A stretch of DNA of 63,071 nucleotides, filler included, from Reticulomyxa filosa (GCA_000512085.1; 24 parts of 24 records of this genome joined end to end with filler, not necessarily neighbours in it), one strand, 5' to 3'; numbered from the whole stretch's first letter, positions 37,321 through 50,159 are shown. Program-made: numbers and translations. Notes: generated from the letters alone by a model not told the origin.

Positions 37321-37550
37321 ATTTTCTTAAATAAAATTTTTTCAATATCTTTTCCTTTTATTTTCTTAAATAAAATGTTTTCCCCCCTTTTTGCTCTATT
37401 TTCTTAAATAAAATGTTTCCCCCCCTTTTTGCTCCATATTCTTAAATAAAATTCCCCCCTTTTCATTCATTTTCTTAAATAAAATTTTTTTCCACTTTTT
37501 ATTCATTTTCTTAAATAAAATTTTCCCCCCCTTTTTCATTCATTTTCTTT
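37321..37550. repeat. Imperfect tandem repeat, about 32-40 bp unit with core TTCTTAAATAAAAT (6 copies)
   Basis: Core recurs at about 37324, 37363, 37401, 37439, 37472 and 37508 with C/T-rich linkers. Confidence 0.85.
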
Positions 37551-37923
37551 TCCCACTCATTTTTTTCCCTTATATTTTTCCCCACAAATTTTCCCTATCC
37601 CTCTCATATCAAATACAAATAAAAAATAAAAATATAAAATATAAAAACTTTCCAATCTTTTTTTTTGATCATTGAATCCTATAAACAAATCATAAATTGA
37701 AAAAATTTTTCATTTTTAACAAAAATAAACAAAAACATACTTTTGTTTTGGAGCTAAAAGCTCACATTCCAATCATCTATTTTTTTTTTTTCCATTTGTA
37801 ATAGGGAGGGGACAAATACATTTNNNNNNNNNNNNNNNNNNNNNNNNNNNNNNNNNNNNNNNNNNNNTTAATTAATTAANNNNNNNNNNNNNNNNNNNNN
37901 NNNNNNNNNNNNNNNNNNNNNNN

Positions 37924-38183
37924 ATTTTCTTTATTGTTGATATTTTTAATTGACATTTCAAAATTTGATATTAAAATATTGAAACATTTGATTGATTTTA
38001 AAAAGAATTTTTGTTTGTATGCTGGTTGTTGGAGCTAGCATTTGATCTGTAGCAATGAAATTTAATATAAGTATAGCTTCGATTTTGGTTGTCGTCATAT
38101 AAGTGTAATGGGACCGTAAAAAGAAAAGCTGGAGCTGGCAGGTCAAAGAAAATTCATCATGTCACAAAACTAAAAAAATAATG
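37924..38183 (-). repeat. Dispersed repeat copy 2 (same family as 16945-17210)
   Basis: Direct sequence similarity; both copies give MTT(A/T)KIEA ORFs in the track. Confidence 0.8.
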
Positions 38184-39247
38184 AATCGATATATAATTTA
38201 GAAATAGTTATTATGTATCACTAAATTATCGCGATAATAATTTAGATATTTTATTGATATTTGTGGTATAATTTCAACTGCATATGATTTTTGTAATCTA
38301 ATATTGATAGTGATTTTGCTTTTGGTGATATTGCTTTGTTGCTGATAGATATTGTGATTTTGTTGTAATATCAACTTCTTTTGACTGTGACTATTCTTTA
38401 ATATCTTCTGTTAATTATGATATAGAATATTATATTGCTTATTCTATAGTATATTTATTGAATATTCTATAAAATCTTCTATTGATTATTCAGAAGAATC
38501 TAAAGTTACTATTCTGTGAACAGTAATTCACATTGTGATATGAAGTCTAATAGCCATAGTAATATAGTTGCTGTTTTAACAAATGTTAAATATTATATTA
38601 ATGAAACACTAATTAATTGTAAATAATCATATTTCTGACTTGTGCACATAATCTTCTAAACGCATTTTTCTACTGATGTTGTTAGTGATTATGATGAACT
38701 TAAAACTTTTTTTATTTGAAAACGAAAAAAGCCCCTTGATTCTGTTTACTTTCATGCATAAATGTGAAGATGAAAGAGTTAACATGAATTAGTGTTTATT
38801 TATTATTTTAAAAATAAATCATTTAACGAATAGATATGTACCAACACGAGCATTTTACACTATTTATCTTTGGAAAGTATAATAAGCACTTAAAAGTGCC
38901 TATCTTATTTGAATTGACTAGTAAATGAGTTTTTATGAGATTGTACGATTTCAAATGGAGATAGAAAAAAAGTTATTGTTGAACTGAGAATGATTAAACA
39001 ACCAACTTGTAAGAAAGATCAACAAAACCTGACCCTTGGGCTGTTACCATAACCACAAAAATTCATTTTCGTCAACTGAAGGAGAAAAACAAACAACAAA
39101 AAACAATCTTGAAAAAAGAGAAAAAACAAAGCTTTACAAAACCAAACAAGCCGTGCGAGCAAAAAATTGGAAGAGAAAAAAACACATAAAGAAAGATTTC
39201 ACTTCAATTGGACGTAAGAAAAAAAAAGGAACATTTCACATTTACTA

Positions 39248-39773
39248 CTATGTTTTTTTTTGTTCCAACAATGAGCGAGGACCAATTCTTCCAACCACTG
39301 CAGTAATATCATCTGTAAAAAGGAGAAAAGAGAAAGTAAGAAAGAACAAAAAAGCAAGCTATGATTTGATTTTTAGTAAAACACATTAAAAAAAAATTAG
39401 ACATGAAAAATGTTTTTGTTCAAACCAGTATATCCAAAGCATTCATCTTGCCAAACAGCGTTTGTTTCATTTACAAGTTTTTTGGTGACAGCTTCGAGGT
39501 TCATTTCAAGGTCATCTCTTTGTGTTTTCAGCTTGAAACCAACCAATCCACACACTTCATCATTTTCCAACATGGACCAAACTCCATCGGACGCCCACAC
39601 CACAAATAAATCTCCAGGGGTTAAGTCGTAGCATTTGATATCTGGTTGGCTGATGACACCGTAATTTGAAGCAAATCGATCGCCTAAAGATCTTGACAGT
39701 GATGTGGTTACTTTTTTTGGAAGACCCTCTTTTATAATTATTTCAATTCGTGCGTGCCCGTCCTCGTCCATCT
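39248..39773 (-). CDS. Protein phosphatase 2C (PPM family), C-terminal part
   Basis: SLSRSLGD, GVISQPDI, WASDGVW, and T|DDITAVV across intron 39313-39425; stop at 39248. Confidence 0.9.
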
Positions 39774-39912
39774 TTTTTTATTTTTATTTTTTATTTTCAA
39801 GTATAAAAAAAANNNNNNNNNNNNNNNNNNNNNNNNNNNNNNNNNNNNNNNNNNNNTTAATTAATTAANNNNNNNNNNNNNNNNNNNNNNNNNNNNNNNN
39901 NNNNNNNNNNNN

Positions 39913-42170
39913 TCATTATCATTATCATTATCATTGTCTCGCTCCTCACTGTGCTCCTTTTGGTCCCACGCGTCCTGCTCGTCTGTCTCCAACTTGAAAT
40001 GGAGTACTCCATCGTCGCAATTGTCGAGCGTGACCGAGTCATTCCAATGCACGTGTGACATCGACAGATTGCCATTCGGCGCTGGCACAGAGCGTGCGAG
40101 CGACCGCACGTATGCGTGTATAGGCTGGTGCACATTGTCTTCTTTGTTTGTCTTGTCATCCGCGTCTTTATGTATTTGCATACTGTTTTTTGTTTCTTTG
40201 AAGCAACGATTGCGTGATGTTTGTTTTTTGTTTTTGTTTTTATTTTTATTTTTTTTGTTTTCATTTTTATTTTTATTTTTATTTTTATTTTTATTATTTT
40301 CATTTTTATTTTTATTTTTATTTTTGTTTTTATTTTTACGTTTTGTTTTTGGCATTGTCGACAGCCAAAAAGGTCATTTTCGGATTGTCGTGACTCAATT
40401 CGGAGCGCTCCCTGTCTTCGTCGGGAGGAGGGGTGGTGTGTTGCAATCTGGACCACTGCGAGTTACTGTTTTGATTGGCCAATCGCAGCTTTTTGGCTTT
40501 GACGCGGGTGGGTATCAAATTGCGGTCTTGTGCAATACCACTTGTTATGTCCGCACGAGCTTGTGTCTGCAACGACGGTGACAATGTCGGCGGTATCGTC
40601 GAGTCTCCTGACATGACAACGCCAGAATCAGCCACGTCAGATACCATGATTGTCCATTTTTCATCGTTACCATTGACGTATTCATTTTTTAGTTTTGTTT
40701 TTTGCATTTGCATTTGCGTTTGTGTTTGTGTTTGTGTTTGTGTTTGTGTTTGTATTTGTGTCTGTGTTTGCATTTGTGCCTGTTTCAGTTTGGACTTGGG
40801 ATTGGCGGTTTGAGAAAGATGGACGGATGTGGAGGATACGTGTGAGTCGTCCATGGTCGTGTCGTCGTCGATATGTACATTAAAGACGAGAGGGGCCAGG
40901 TTGAACTCGTTGTTTGTAATGTCATTCTTTTCCAACCCTTGTGTCTTGGCGATGCTGTAAGACTTGTGTGGCAAATGAGGGACGTTGCGTTCTGCATTGG
41001 AATGGACTGTGTTATCAATCCCACGGTAATTGCGTAAGGTGCCAACGTCATCCTCACCACCACCACCACCACCACCACCACCACCACCATTGGCAATCAC
41101 GACCGTGGAAGACGCGCCTGTGTGATGATGCGAATGGGCCGAGTCAAGGACAGTGTCGTAGTAGTTGTCTCCGAACGAGTGCGAGTAACTATTGCGACGC
41201 TTCGTCTTGTTGTGACGGGAACTGCTGCTGGGAGTTGTCGCGCTGGGACTGTTCCCGGAACCTGCCATCGTCGTCTTGGTGTGGACAGGCTTGCCATGGA
41301 TCTGAATGTTGGACAGATGAGCACGATTGCTATTATCATTGCCATTGCTATTGCTATTGCTATTGCTATTGTTATTGCTGTTGCCATTGCCATTGCCATT
41401 GTCATTGCTATTGGGACTGCTATTGCCATCATTATCATCATCTCGGATAGGGGAATTAGATGATACAGGCATATGCACTTTCTGCATATGCATATGGAAC
41501 ATTGGGGTCATATTCATGCTCACGTTCATGGTTGGAACAGTCAAGGCCAATCCATTTCGCTTGTACAAATTGCTTCCATGCAAAAAAATGTGCTGTACAT
41601 CTTCATTGAAGCTCGTTTCATTCTCCATAAACGCCTTCAGCTGTCGTACCGATTTTCCTTGCAAATATGGGATAGCCAGATCTGCCGCGCTAATGTTGTC
41701 TACGTTCAAATCGCGATAGTTGCTTAGCAATAGCTTGGCGTCGTGAAATCCGATGATCTTGTCGTAGCCTTTCCCCATCACAAATGGCAGCTCCGAGGCT
41801 TCATAGAAGATTTCAAAATGTGTCTTCTTTAGACTCTTTTTGCTTTTTATCTCATCATTACCATTACCATTACTATTACTATTACTATTACTATTACTAT
41901 TACCATTACCATTACCATTTGATCCCCACTTCTTCCATTCCATACTGTTACGCTTACTCGTATTCGTGCTATTACTGTTACTGTTACTTATGTTCCCTTG
42001 ACCTTGTGCCATTGGGTACATCTTCCTCTCTGAACTATTGCTGCGCTCGCCACTCAGCTTCTCACCCATTCTATTCTCTACATTTGTGCTTATTTCGCTC
42101 TCCTTGCTACTGCTTTCTTTTGACTTCGTTGAGTGTCTTTCTGCCAAGTCTGGAGTCTCTGCCACATTCT
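39913..42170 (-). CDS. Low-complexity Asn/Ser/Gly/Gln-rich hypothetical protein (fragment)
   Basis: 609-aa ORF with NS, NG, QT and poly-G repeats and one globular-looking segment (THFEIFYEASELPFVMG). Probable intron about 40184-40339. Confidence 0.6.
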
Positions 42171-42361
42171 TGCTCTTGTCCTTCTTTTTTTTTTTGTTCC
42201 GCCAAATACCATTTTTTTTTTTTTTCCAACNNNNNNNNNNNNNNNNNNNNNNNNNNNNNNNNNNNNNNNNNNNNTTAATTAATTAANNNNNNNNNNNNNN
42301 NNNNNNNNNNNNNNNNNNNNNNNNNNNNNNATATATATATATTGTTTTAGGCTTAGCAAAC

Positions 42362-42811
42362 GGTAAAAGATTTGCCTGCACCACTTTGGCCATAACAAAA
42401 GATCGTGGCATTGTATCCCTCCAAAGCTGCGTCCACCATTGGCTTACCAATTTGGTTAAACACGTCCTCTTGCGTCGCTTCGGATGGAAATATTTGGTCT
42501 AATGTGCACTTGTACGGCTTTTGGGAATTCTCAGCGTCCCGTGCCAACTTCACACTTTGTTGATCCAAAAACACTGGCGGCATGTCCACCAAGTCCTGTA
42601 TACATGTTCATTCATTCATACTTACATTTATATTTATATTGTCATTCCCCCTTTTTTTAAAAAGAAGCACTTTTAAAGGTCCGCCAAAAAAAAAAAAAAA
42701 AAAAAAAAAAAGAGTGTTTTTAATCCTTTGTACCTCTTGGGCTGCATACCGCCTCTCCGACCCACTTATGGGCCGAAATCTCCCCAATACTCGAATTGAT
42801 TCTTCACTCAT
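42362..42811 (-). CDS. Kinesin motor domain, N-terminal part
   Basis: SIRVLGRFRP, LDQIF..ATQEDVF..GKPMVDAALEGYNATIFCYGQSGAGKSFT (P-loop); intron about 42597-42733. Confidence 0.93.
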
Positions 42812-43431
42812 TTTTCATATGGTTGTTCTTTTAATTACACAGATCTTCTGCTAGTGAGCCAATTAATCACAACACAAAGGGTCTTTTTTTAAAAAAAACC
42901 TGACTCGGACACTGTCGCTCGAACAAAGGGTACTACGCCTTAAAAACAGCTAAACTTTTCCATCTTTTTGTTTTTCTCTATCTCTCTTTATAAAATAAAT
43001 ATTAATTGAGAAATTGAAAAGAAGTGCGAGTTTTGTTTGAATTACCATTTAACAAAAGCTTTGAGGCACTTGTATTTTTACAAGAACATCCATTACATCT
43101 AATCAATCCTGTGTATTTCCCTTAAAATCAAGCGAATCAGATAATCATCAAGTATGTTACATTTTATGATGATTCTATTTATGAGACTGGAGTATTGTAT
43201 AACAATATTGAAAATAAGAAAGGAAGTTACTCAACAAGTTTTAATTATTGTTCATTCTTATCAACAAAATTTATTCCATATCTAGAAAACAAACATTTAC
43301 GCTCATATTTGTATGGAATATCAATGAAAAAGTGATTGTATTTATTTATTCAGTTCAAGACAAAACTTGGAATGGTTTTTTACATATGTGCACCCTTTTA
43401 AAAAAAAAATTGCACACAAAATTGACAGACA

Positions 43432-44192
43432 TCATCTTGGACTTTTCAAAAAAATTTGAATATTTTGTCGTAAAGCATGATCAGGATAAAGTTCTAACTT
43501 TCCATCTGTCATTAAAGAAGAATAATTTGGAATGTTTTGATATTGCTTCATAATTGATGATCGATCATATGTTATTCCATTCGAAGCAATTACAGGATCC
43601 TCCATAATTGAATTGGATAATGGACATAAATACTCTTTTGGAATATCTTGTTGTGGAACACCTTTATCAGAATCAATCACATTGATTGAATATCTCTTGC
43701 AAATTTCATTAAATGAATCGTAAATAATACACGCTTGAACAAATGTCTCGAAGTGAAATATATCCATCCAATCATTTTTTGACATTTTCGATAAAGACAT
43801 TCCATCGATTTTTTTTTCTTTAATGATTTTATTGTATTCATTTATTTTTGATTTTGTACATTCCAAAGTATGTCCAATAAAAATTGAAATTTCTTGTGAA
43901 TCCCATTTACTCCATTTCTTCTCTAACTCACTCCATTCTTTTTTAATCCAATTTTGATTCTCTTCAATCACTTTTTGTAAGTTGTCATTAAATTCATTAA
44001 ATCCTTTCAACACTTTCTTATTAAAGGTATAGAACTGATTGACTGACATTAATTTTTGTTCCTTTTGCTGTTTTTGAATTAATATATCTCTTTCAATGGA
44101 ACAAAGATTGTTATATTGTTCAATGCATTTTGTGTAATTTAAAATTGTTTCATCCACTTGATTTTTCAATTTTATCTTTTCCAAATATTTTT
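43432..44192 (-). CDS. Coiled-coil plus SAM-like plus U-box protein (putative E3 ligase; 5' truncated)
   Basis: U-box IPKEYLCPLSNSIMEDPVIASNGITYDRSSI..LYPDHALRQNI; SAM-like KWDSQEI..IDGMSLSKM. Confidence 0.85.
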
Positions 44193-44292
44193 NNNNNNNN
44201 NNNNNNNNNNNNNNNNNNNNNNNNNNNNNNNNNNNNTTAATTAATTAANNNNNNNNNNNNNNNNNNNNNNNNNNNNNNNNNNNNNNNNNNNN

Positions 44293-44507
44293 GCGATATC
44301 AATACCAATGCCAATAGCGATGTCAATACCAATGCCAATAGCGATGTCAATGCCAATGCTACTGTTGCCAGCGAACAAACAGATTCAAATGCCAACAAAG
44401 ACAATGTCGGTGCGGGACACAGCTCACAAGACGAGCACAAAGAGATTTTGTCAAATCAGATTGACTCTGATATGCCTGATAAAGGCCAGTCTTGCTCGGA
44501 ATCGTAA
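44293..44507 (+). CDS. 3' end of an Asn/Asp-rich hypothetical protein
   Basis: Frame DINTNANSDVNTNANSDV..GQSCSES* with a 24-bp repeat. Confidence 0.35.
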
Positions 44508-44980
44508 TCTTGTCATCCTGTTATAGCTATGAAGGTTACAGACTTATGTCATATGGATAGGAATTTGATTAAAAAATAAAACGAGACAGGGAGATTTTTT
44601 TTAGTTGTCTTTTTTGATCCTATTATGTTGATATTCGCAACAAACAAGCAAAAGCACAATATTTGTTTCACTTATCAACAGTATAATCTAAATTGCCTCT
44701 GTACATTTCCCGCATCGTCATGTTCCCAAATATACAACCCTTGGCATTTTTTGGTATTTTTTTAATCATTTCATTTTTCTATGGAAAAAAACGCGCAGGT
44801 ATCGTAATCTGTTCCATGGGTTTATGAATAAGAACAATGTAAACGTGTTTGAGGACAAGCAATAAACGACCCATGAAAAAATATTATTTTGACAAGTTTT
44901 CCTTTTTTTTTTTTACAACTGGGACTTCTTTGTTCAGAAAAAGCTTCTCGTAAATCTAAGGCTATTTTACAATTATTGCA

Positions 44981-45471
44981 ATGTCCGAAGAATACAAAAT
45001 TGTTCTTTTAGGCAAGACTTTCTTGTTTGTGTTATGAGTTTGAGAAAAAAAGTTGCAGTTTCAAAAAAGTAAAAACAGTGGGCATTTTAATATAACGTAG
45101 GTGCTAAGGGTGTTGGTTGTTCAACGCTGAACAGAAGAATGATGCATGAAGTATTCGACTGGGGAGGATATGACCCAACAATTGAAGATGGTTTTCATAA
45201 GCTAGTTGAAGTAGATGGGATATGTTCTCGTTTGAATATTCTTGATGCACCTGTTACGTTGCAAAAATAAAATGAAAATATTTTCGCGTAATATAAAAAT
45301 AGCATTGAATGGATAGGATCAAGAAGAATTTTTAGCAATGAAAAATGAATTGATTAAAGAAGGAGATGGTTTTATAATTGTATATTCAATAACGAGTGAA
45401 GATTCTTTTCAACAAGTTTCCAAATTTCGTGATCTTGTTGTGAAAATTAAAGACAAAACAAGAATTCCAAT
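44981..45471 (+). CDS. Atypical Ras-family small GTPase (not in ORF track; 3' truncated)
   Basis: MSEEYKIVLLG|AKGVGCST..YDPTIEDGFHKLVEVDG..LNILDAP|DQEEFLAM..GDGFIIVYSITSEDSF. Introns 45012-45100 (GC-AG) and 45253-45316. Confidence 0.85.
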
Positions 45472-46156
45472 GTATGAATAAATTATATATATTTATTTAT
45501 TTATGAAATAAAGATATATAAATTTATATATGTATGCNNNNNNNNNNNNNNNNNNNNNNNNNNNNNNNNNNNNNNNNNNNNTTAATTAATTAANNNNNNN
45601 NNNNNNNNNNNNNNNNNNNNNNNNNNNNNNNNNNNNNAAAAATCTTCATAGAAGGGCGATATAATGTTACTTATTCTGTGATTTTTATTAGCAAAAATGC
45701 TTTTCTTTAAGCAATCAATTGTTAAAAACAGAATAAATTGTAAAATAAGTATTCATATTTATGGTTATTTATTTAAGTAATAATTTCAGTTCAATTTTCA
45801 TATTTAATTGAAAATAGCTGTTAGATATTACGCATTTGTCTTTCTTGTGATCAAAGTAATTAATTAAATCCATTATATTCCAAATTTTTGGGACCTTTGT
45901 CATGCAATTACTCAGCAATGAAAAATTAGCAATTTGATGTTGCTTTGTTTTTGGAAAAAGGAATAAGATAACAAGTATGTATCTCAAGAATGTATTAAAA
46001 ACAGTCTAATTTTGAAAATAATCTTGTTGATGATAATCATACCATCAATGTTGTAATCTTATCATACACTTTTTATTTTAAAAAGAAAGACTTTTTTCAG
46101 GTGATATCCATTTTTTAAAAAAATCTAAACTACTTCATAGTTCTCACATTAACAAC

Positions 46157-47359
46157 ATGAGCGACCAAACCTTTGAAAATTTAAAGGAACTGCCCATTAC
46201 ACTTTATCAAACTCAATGTGTGTCACACAAACACGAAGTCCTTATTTGTGGAGGTTATGAACAAAGAGCTTGTTATTCTTATCATACAATCAAAAATGAA
46301 TACAAGTTTATATGTGAGTATCCAAGTCATATTCAATTAATTGGACACTGTGTAGTGAAACTGATAGATAACAACAACAAAGACAGCAATCATATCACTT
46401 TGTTATCTTTTGGTGGATCAAAAAAACATACATTAGTGATGAAATATGTAAGTGTTTGGAGTAATAAATCAAATATATCAAACAAATTAAACAAATCAAA
46501 CAGTTACAATGAATGGATTCCTTTTACAGACAATCACAATCATCCAATTATTTTGGAAGAGATCGAAATAACTATTGGGGAGCGCGTGCAGTAATTGGTG
46601 GAAGAAACAATCATTTGTTATTTATTAATTATATTAGTGTGTTCGATTTAAATATATTTCAATTTACTAAACATGATACTTTACCAACTGCAGCTTTTAG
46701 TTATATTGGTTATCATTGTTTTGTATCAAGGACAGAAAATGGACAAGGACAAGAAATGATGAAAACAAATAAACAAACTTATCAAATGCTGTTGTTTTAT
46801 AAAAAAATTGGATTATCAATTGAATATGATGAAGATAACAATACTTTTCAATTTCATCAATTACTTGTTTGTGATGATATTGCACAATTCTATTATTATG
46901 CATATGTGCGTATCAACGATGTCATTTTTTTCTTTGGTGGATGGAATGGTATGTATGGTACTAATGCTAATGTTTCAAAATCAGTTCACAAGTATTCAAT
47001 TCGAGAAAACAAATGGACGACATTTCAAAACATGTTACCCAGTCCATTATATGATTGTATTGCAATATTGAGTGAAGAAGACAATCACATACACATTATC
47101 GGAGGACAAAATTATAAACATGAATCAGTACCAACTCACATGAAAATTAAAGTGCGTGAATTGGACCATTTACTGTTGGTAATGATTTATTTATTATTTA
47201 TTTACTTTGATGAAACGCAAATAAATATTATTATATGCAACTGATTGACAAATAAATAATGAACAGTCAAAAAAAGAAGTAAAATTTATTGTTCAACATT
47301 GGGTTCGAACTTTAAAAATAAAATTAGGACGGATTGCTGATTTTGATTATGAAATATAG
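46157..47359 (+). CDS. Kelch-like beta-propeller protein of a lineage-expanded family (frameshift near 46552)
   Basis: EVLICGG..CYSYH, LLSFGG, AVIGG, FFFGGWNG..VHKYSI..W, IHIIGG. Short terminal exon FIVQHWVRTLKIKLG. Confidence 0.75.
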
Positions 47360-47630
47360 TATATGAAATAAATTTTGAAGAAACATAATTAAATAATTGT
47401 TAATTTGCGATCTTTAATGATATTTAATATCATTTATCCAACCTAAATTTTTTCATTATTTGTAAAAAATAACAAATCATTTCTATTCTTTTTCATTAAA
47501 AAAAAAANNNNNNNNNNNNNNNNNNNNNNNNNNNNNNNNNNNNNNNNNNNNTTAATTAATTAANNNNNNNNNNNNNNNNNNNNNNNNNNNNNNNNNNNNN
47601 NNNNNNNAAAAAAAAAAAAAGGGGTTTGAC

Positions 47631-48247
47631 TTGAAACATTGTGCCACAATAATCCAAGGTTGCCGTGACATTTAAAATGACAGCTCCATGTGTCTTCGCA
47701 TGATGTTTCATACTCTGTTGAAACACATGTTTACACGTAGTAAAAGTGCCAAAGGTGTCAATTTCAAATACTTTTTTGTATGCATTGATCGACAGATCTT
47801 CGGCGGGACACAGGAAATTTCCTGCTGCACCATTGACTAATATGTCAATGCGAGGATAGGTTTTCAAAATCTTTGCCACTGTTTGTTCCACTTGTTTTTC
47901 ATTACTTACATCCATTTCAAAATACAAACATCTCACGTTCTTGTACTTTTCTTCCAATCGCTTTGCTGCTGTTTCCACACGCTTTTCGTTGCGGCTTGCG
48001 ATCGCCACATTGCATCCATGACGCATCAACCCCTCTGTTATCCGAAAGTTTATCCCACTTCCTCCGCCTGTCACAAATGCATACTTGCCAGAGAAAAGGC
48101 CATCTCGGAATATACTTTTATACTCTTCCTTTTTATTTTCGTGTTTTTTTTTTGTTTGTTTGGGTTAGTTTAGTCAGCAAGACCGAAACAACATCTTTTT
48201 TTTTCCTTTCAAACCAATGGAAAATCTGGAAAGGCTGATGTTGACAT
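47631..48247 (-). CDS. SDR, peroxisomal 2,4-dienoyl-CoA reductase-like (5' part)
   Basis: SIFRDGLFSGKYAFVTGGGSGINF, IASRN, IDILVNGAAGNFLCPAEDLSINAYKKVFEIDTFGTF, LNVTATL. Probable first exon ATG at 48247. Confidence 0.88.
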
Positions 48248-48627
48248 TTTGTTAGATATCGATAATTTCGCAACTATTGTTTTGAGTATTAATTGATGAT
48301 CTTTTTTCTGTTCCCAACTCAGGCTCTGATCCCTCTAATTTGCAATTTGTTTGCGTGTGCTTTTTTTTTGTTTTCAAGAAAAAAGATCCGAAAATCAAAT
48401 GAGAGCGTGTGATAAAAAGAAAGAAGGCACACAAACAAAAAAAGACTGCTAGTTGAGCAAAATCATTTTTTTTTTTTTGAAAAAAGGCAAGAGACATCTG
48501 ACACATGCTTCAGTGAAAATATTTCTTTCTTTGAACATGTTCAACTTTCTTCTTCAACATTGACTTTGTTTTGCATTTTCCTGTGCCTGTTTGTGTTTTC
48601 AAAAGCCATATATGTATATTGATTGAA

Positions 48628-48782
48628 TCAATGTTTTGCAAATTTGGCACTTTTATTGTCTCGAATTGGATGTGAATAAATGCACCCAATCCTCGTACAT
48701 CTTTCATCAAAACGACAAATTTGCTTGCTTTCCTCATTACTTGTTAGCGTCACTGATTGTGTCAAGGCGTCATTACGAAAGG
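48628..48782 (-). CDS. Terminal exon with Nab2/ZC3H14-type CCCH zinc finger (not in ORF track)
   Basis: ICRFDERCTRIGCIYSHP fits C-x5-C-x4-C-x3-H; CAG acceptor upstream, TGA at 48628. Confidence 0.65.
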
Positions 48783-48802
48783 CTGTGTTGGAAAGGGGTT
48801 GG

Positions 48803-48838
<36 letters not shown>

Positions 48839-49058
48839 NNNNNNNNNNNNNNNNNNNNNNNNNNNNNNNNNNNNNNNNNNNNTTAATTAATTAANNNNNN
48901 NNNNNNNNNNNNNNNNNNNNNNNNNNNNNNNNNNNNNNTAATGTTGTTGTTGTAAATTTGTGCTGTATTAAAATATATAAAGCAATGATTTGTTAAAAAT
49001 ATTGAAATGTTTTTGTTAGTAAAAAAGAGAAAAGAAAATAATAAAAATGTATTGTTAC

Positions 49059-49472
49059 GTGTTCTCTGTTAGCCAGGTCAAGAGATCTTTTGCATTTACA
49101 ATATCTTGATCAAACCATTTCAATACATCTAAAATGATCTCTTCTTTCATCTCGGGAAACGTATGTTGAAGTTGTGTAAGCATGATGATGAAGTTAACTG
49201 CAAAAGAAAACCCTTTTTTTGAACGCTTAAAAATTGAATTACGTAATTGGTGAGCAAGAAGGTGAGAAAAAAATTGATAGATACCATATTGTGTGGACGT
49301 TGTTGAATCGTGTTGAATATGCAATAACAATTCCAACTATGTTTAGTTGATATTTCCACAAGAAGAAAAACATCCTATGACTAATAAAAATCATGTATTT
49401 TAAATACCCTTTGTATACGAAAATTAAAACAGATACTTTTAAGAGAGAAGGAGACAGTTGCATTTTTATCAA
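49059..49472 (-). CDS. Hypothetical protein with CUE/UBA-like helical repeats (fragment)
   Basis: LTQLQHTFPEMKEEIILDVLKWFDQDIVNAKDLL resembles CUE (L..MFP....I..VL). Confidence 0.4.
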
Positions 49473-50159
49473 ATCTAATTCTTTCTTTCTTTCATCAAAA
49501 ACAATTGTAAAAAATTCACTTCAAGCAAAACAAGCAAAAAAGTGATTATGATTGTCTTTCAACAAAGAAAGCTTGTATAAAAGCTTTTAACAAACAATAA
49601 GTAAGTAATTCATGTGAGACCTTTTTTTTTATATTGAATTATGTTGTCTCAAATATTTGAAACACACAACGGATTCAATCAGTTCTTTGATCTCAAAAAA
49701 ACATTTTTTACCTCTTCTTTCGATCAATTGATTAACAACCTTTACGTTTTCATTTCCACTTTGTAAAGGAAATGAAATACAATTAAAACTGAAATTATTG
49801 AAAATATTTTATCCGGGAGATCTTGTATGATAAATTAAAAATATTAACAGAAATGTATTTGCATATTTTGAAATAAATTAACAAACAACTATTTATTTTT
49901 CAAATGTTATTAATATTTATGTTAGAAATTATTGGATTAATTCAAAAAAGAAATGATAATTTGATAATTGGTATCAATATGATCACATCCAATTATTGCA
50001 GTAATATGAAATATTAAAACGGTGATTCAAGATCTTGTTTCAACAGTCAATTGAAAAAGAGGTATTTAAATAATAAATAAAATTAAAGTCTATTTTATCA
50101 ATGTCAGAACGTGTTATTACGTTACGCTGACAAACAAACAAAAAAAGAAAAGCGTTTAA

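Noticed and set aside
37321-37550. CRISPR-like repeat-spacer pattern
   Set aside because: The core is only about 14-16 bp and the linkers are low-complexity and similar to one another: a minisatellite.
38190-38700. Strand-skewed AT-rich tract, possibly another decayed RT
   Set aside because: The similarity is too weak to support by eye.
40220-40340. (NK)n or (IK)n protein repeat
   Set aside because: Begins with a GT donor on the minus strand and resembles this genome's A-rich introns; probably intronic.
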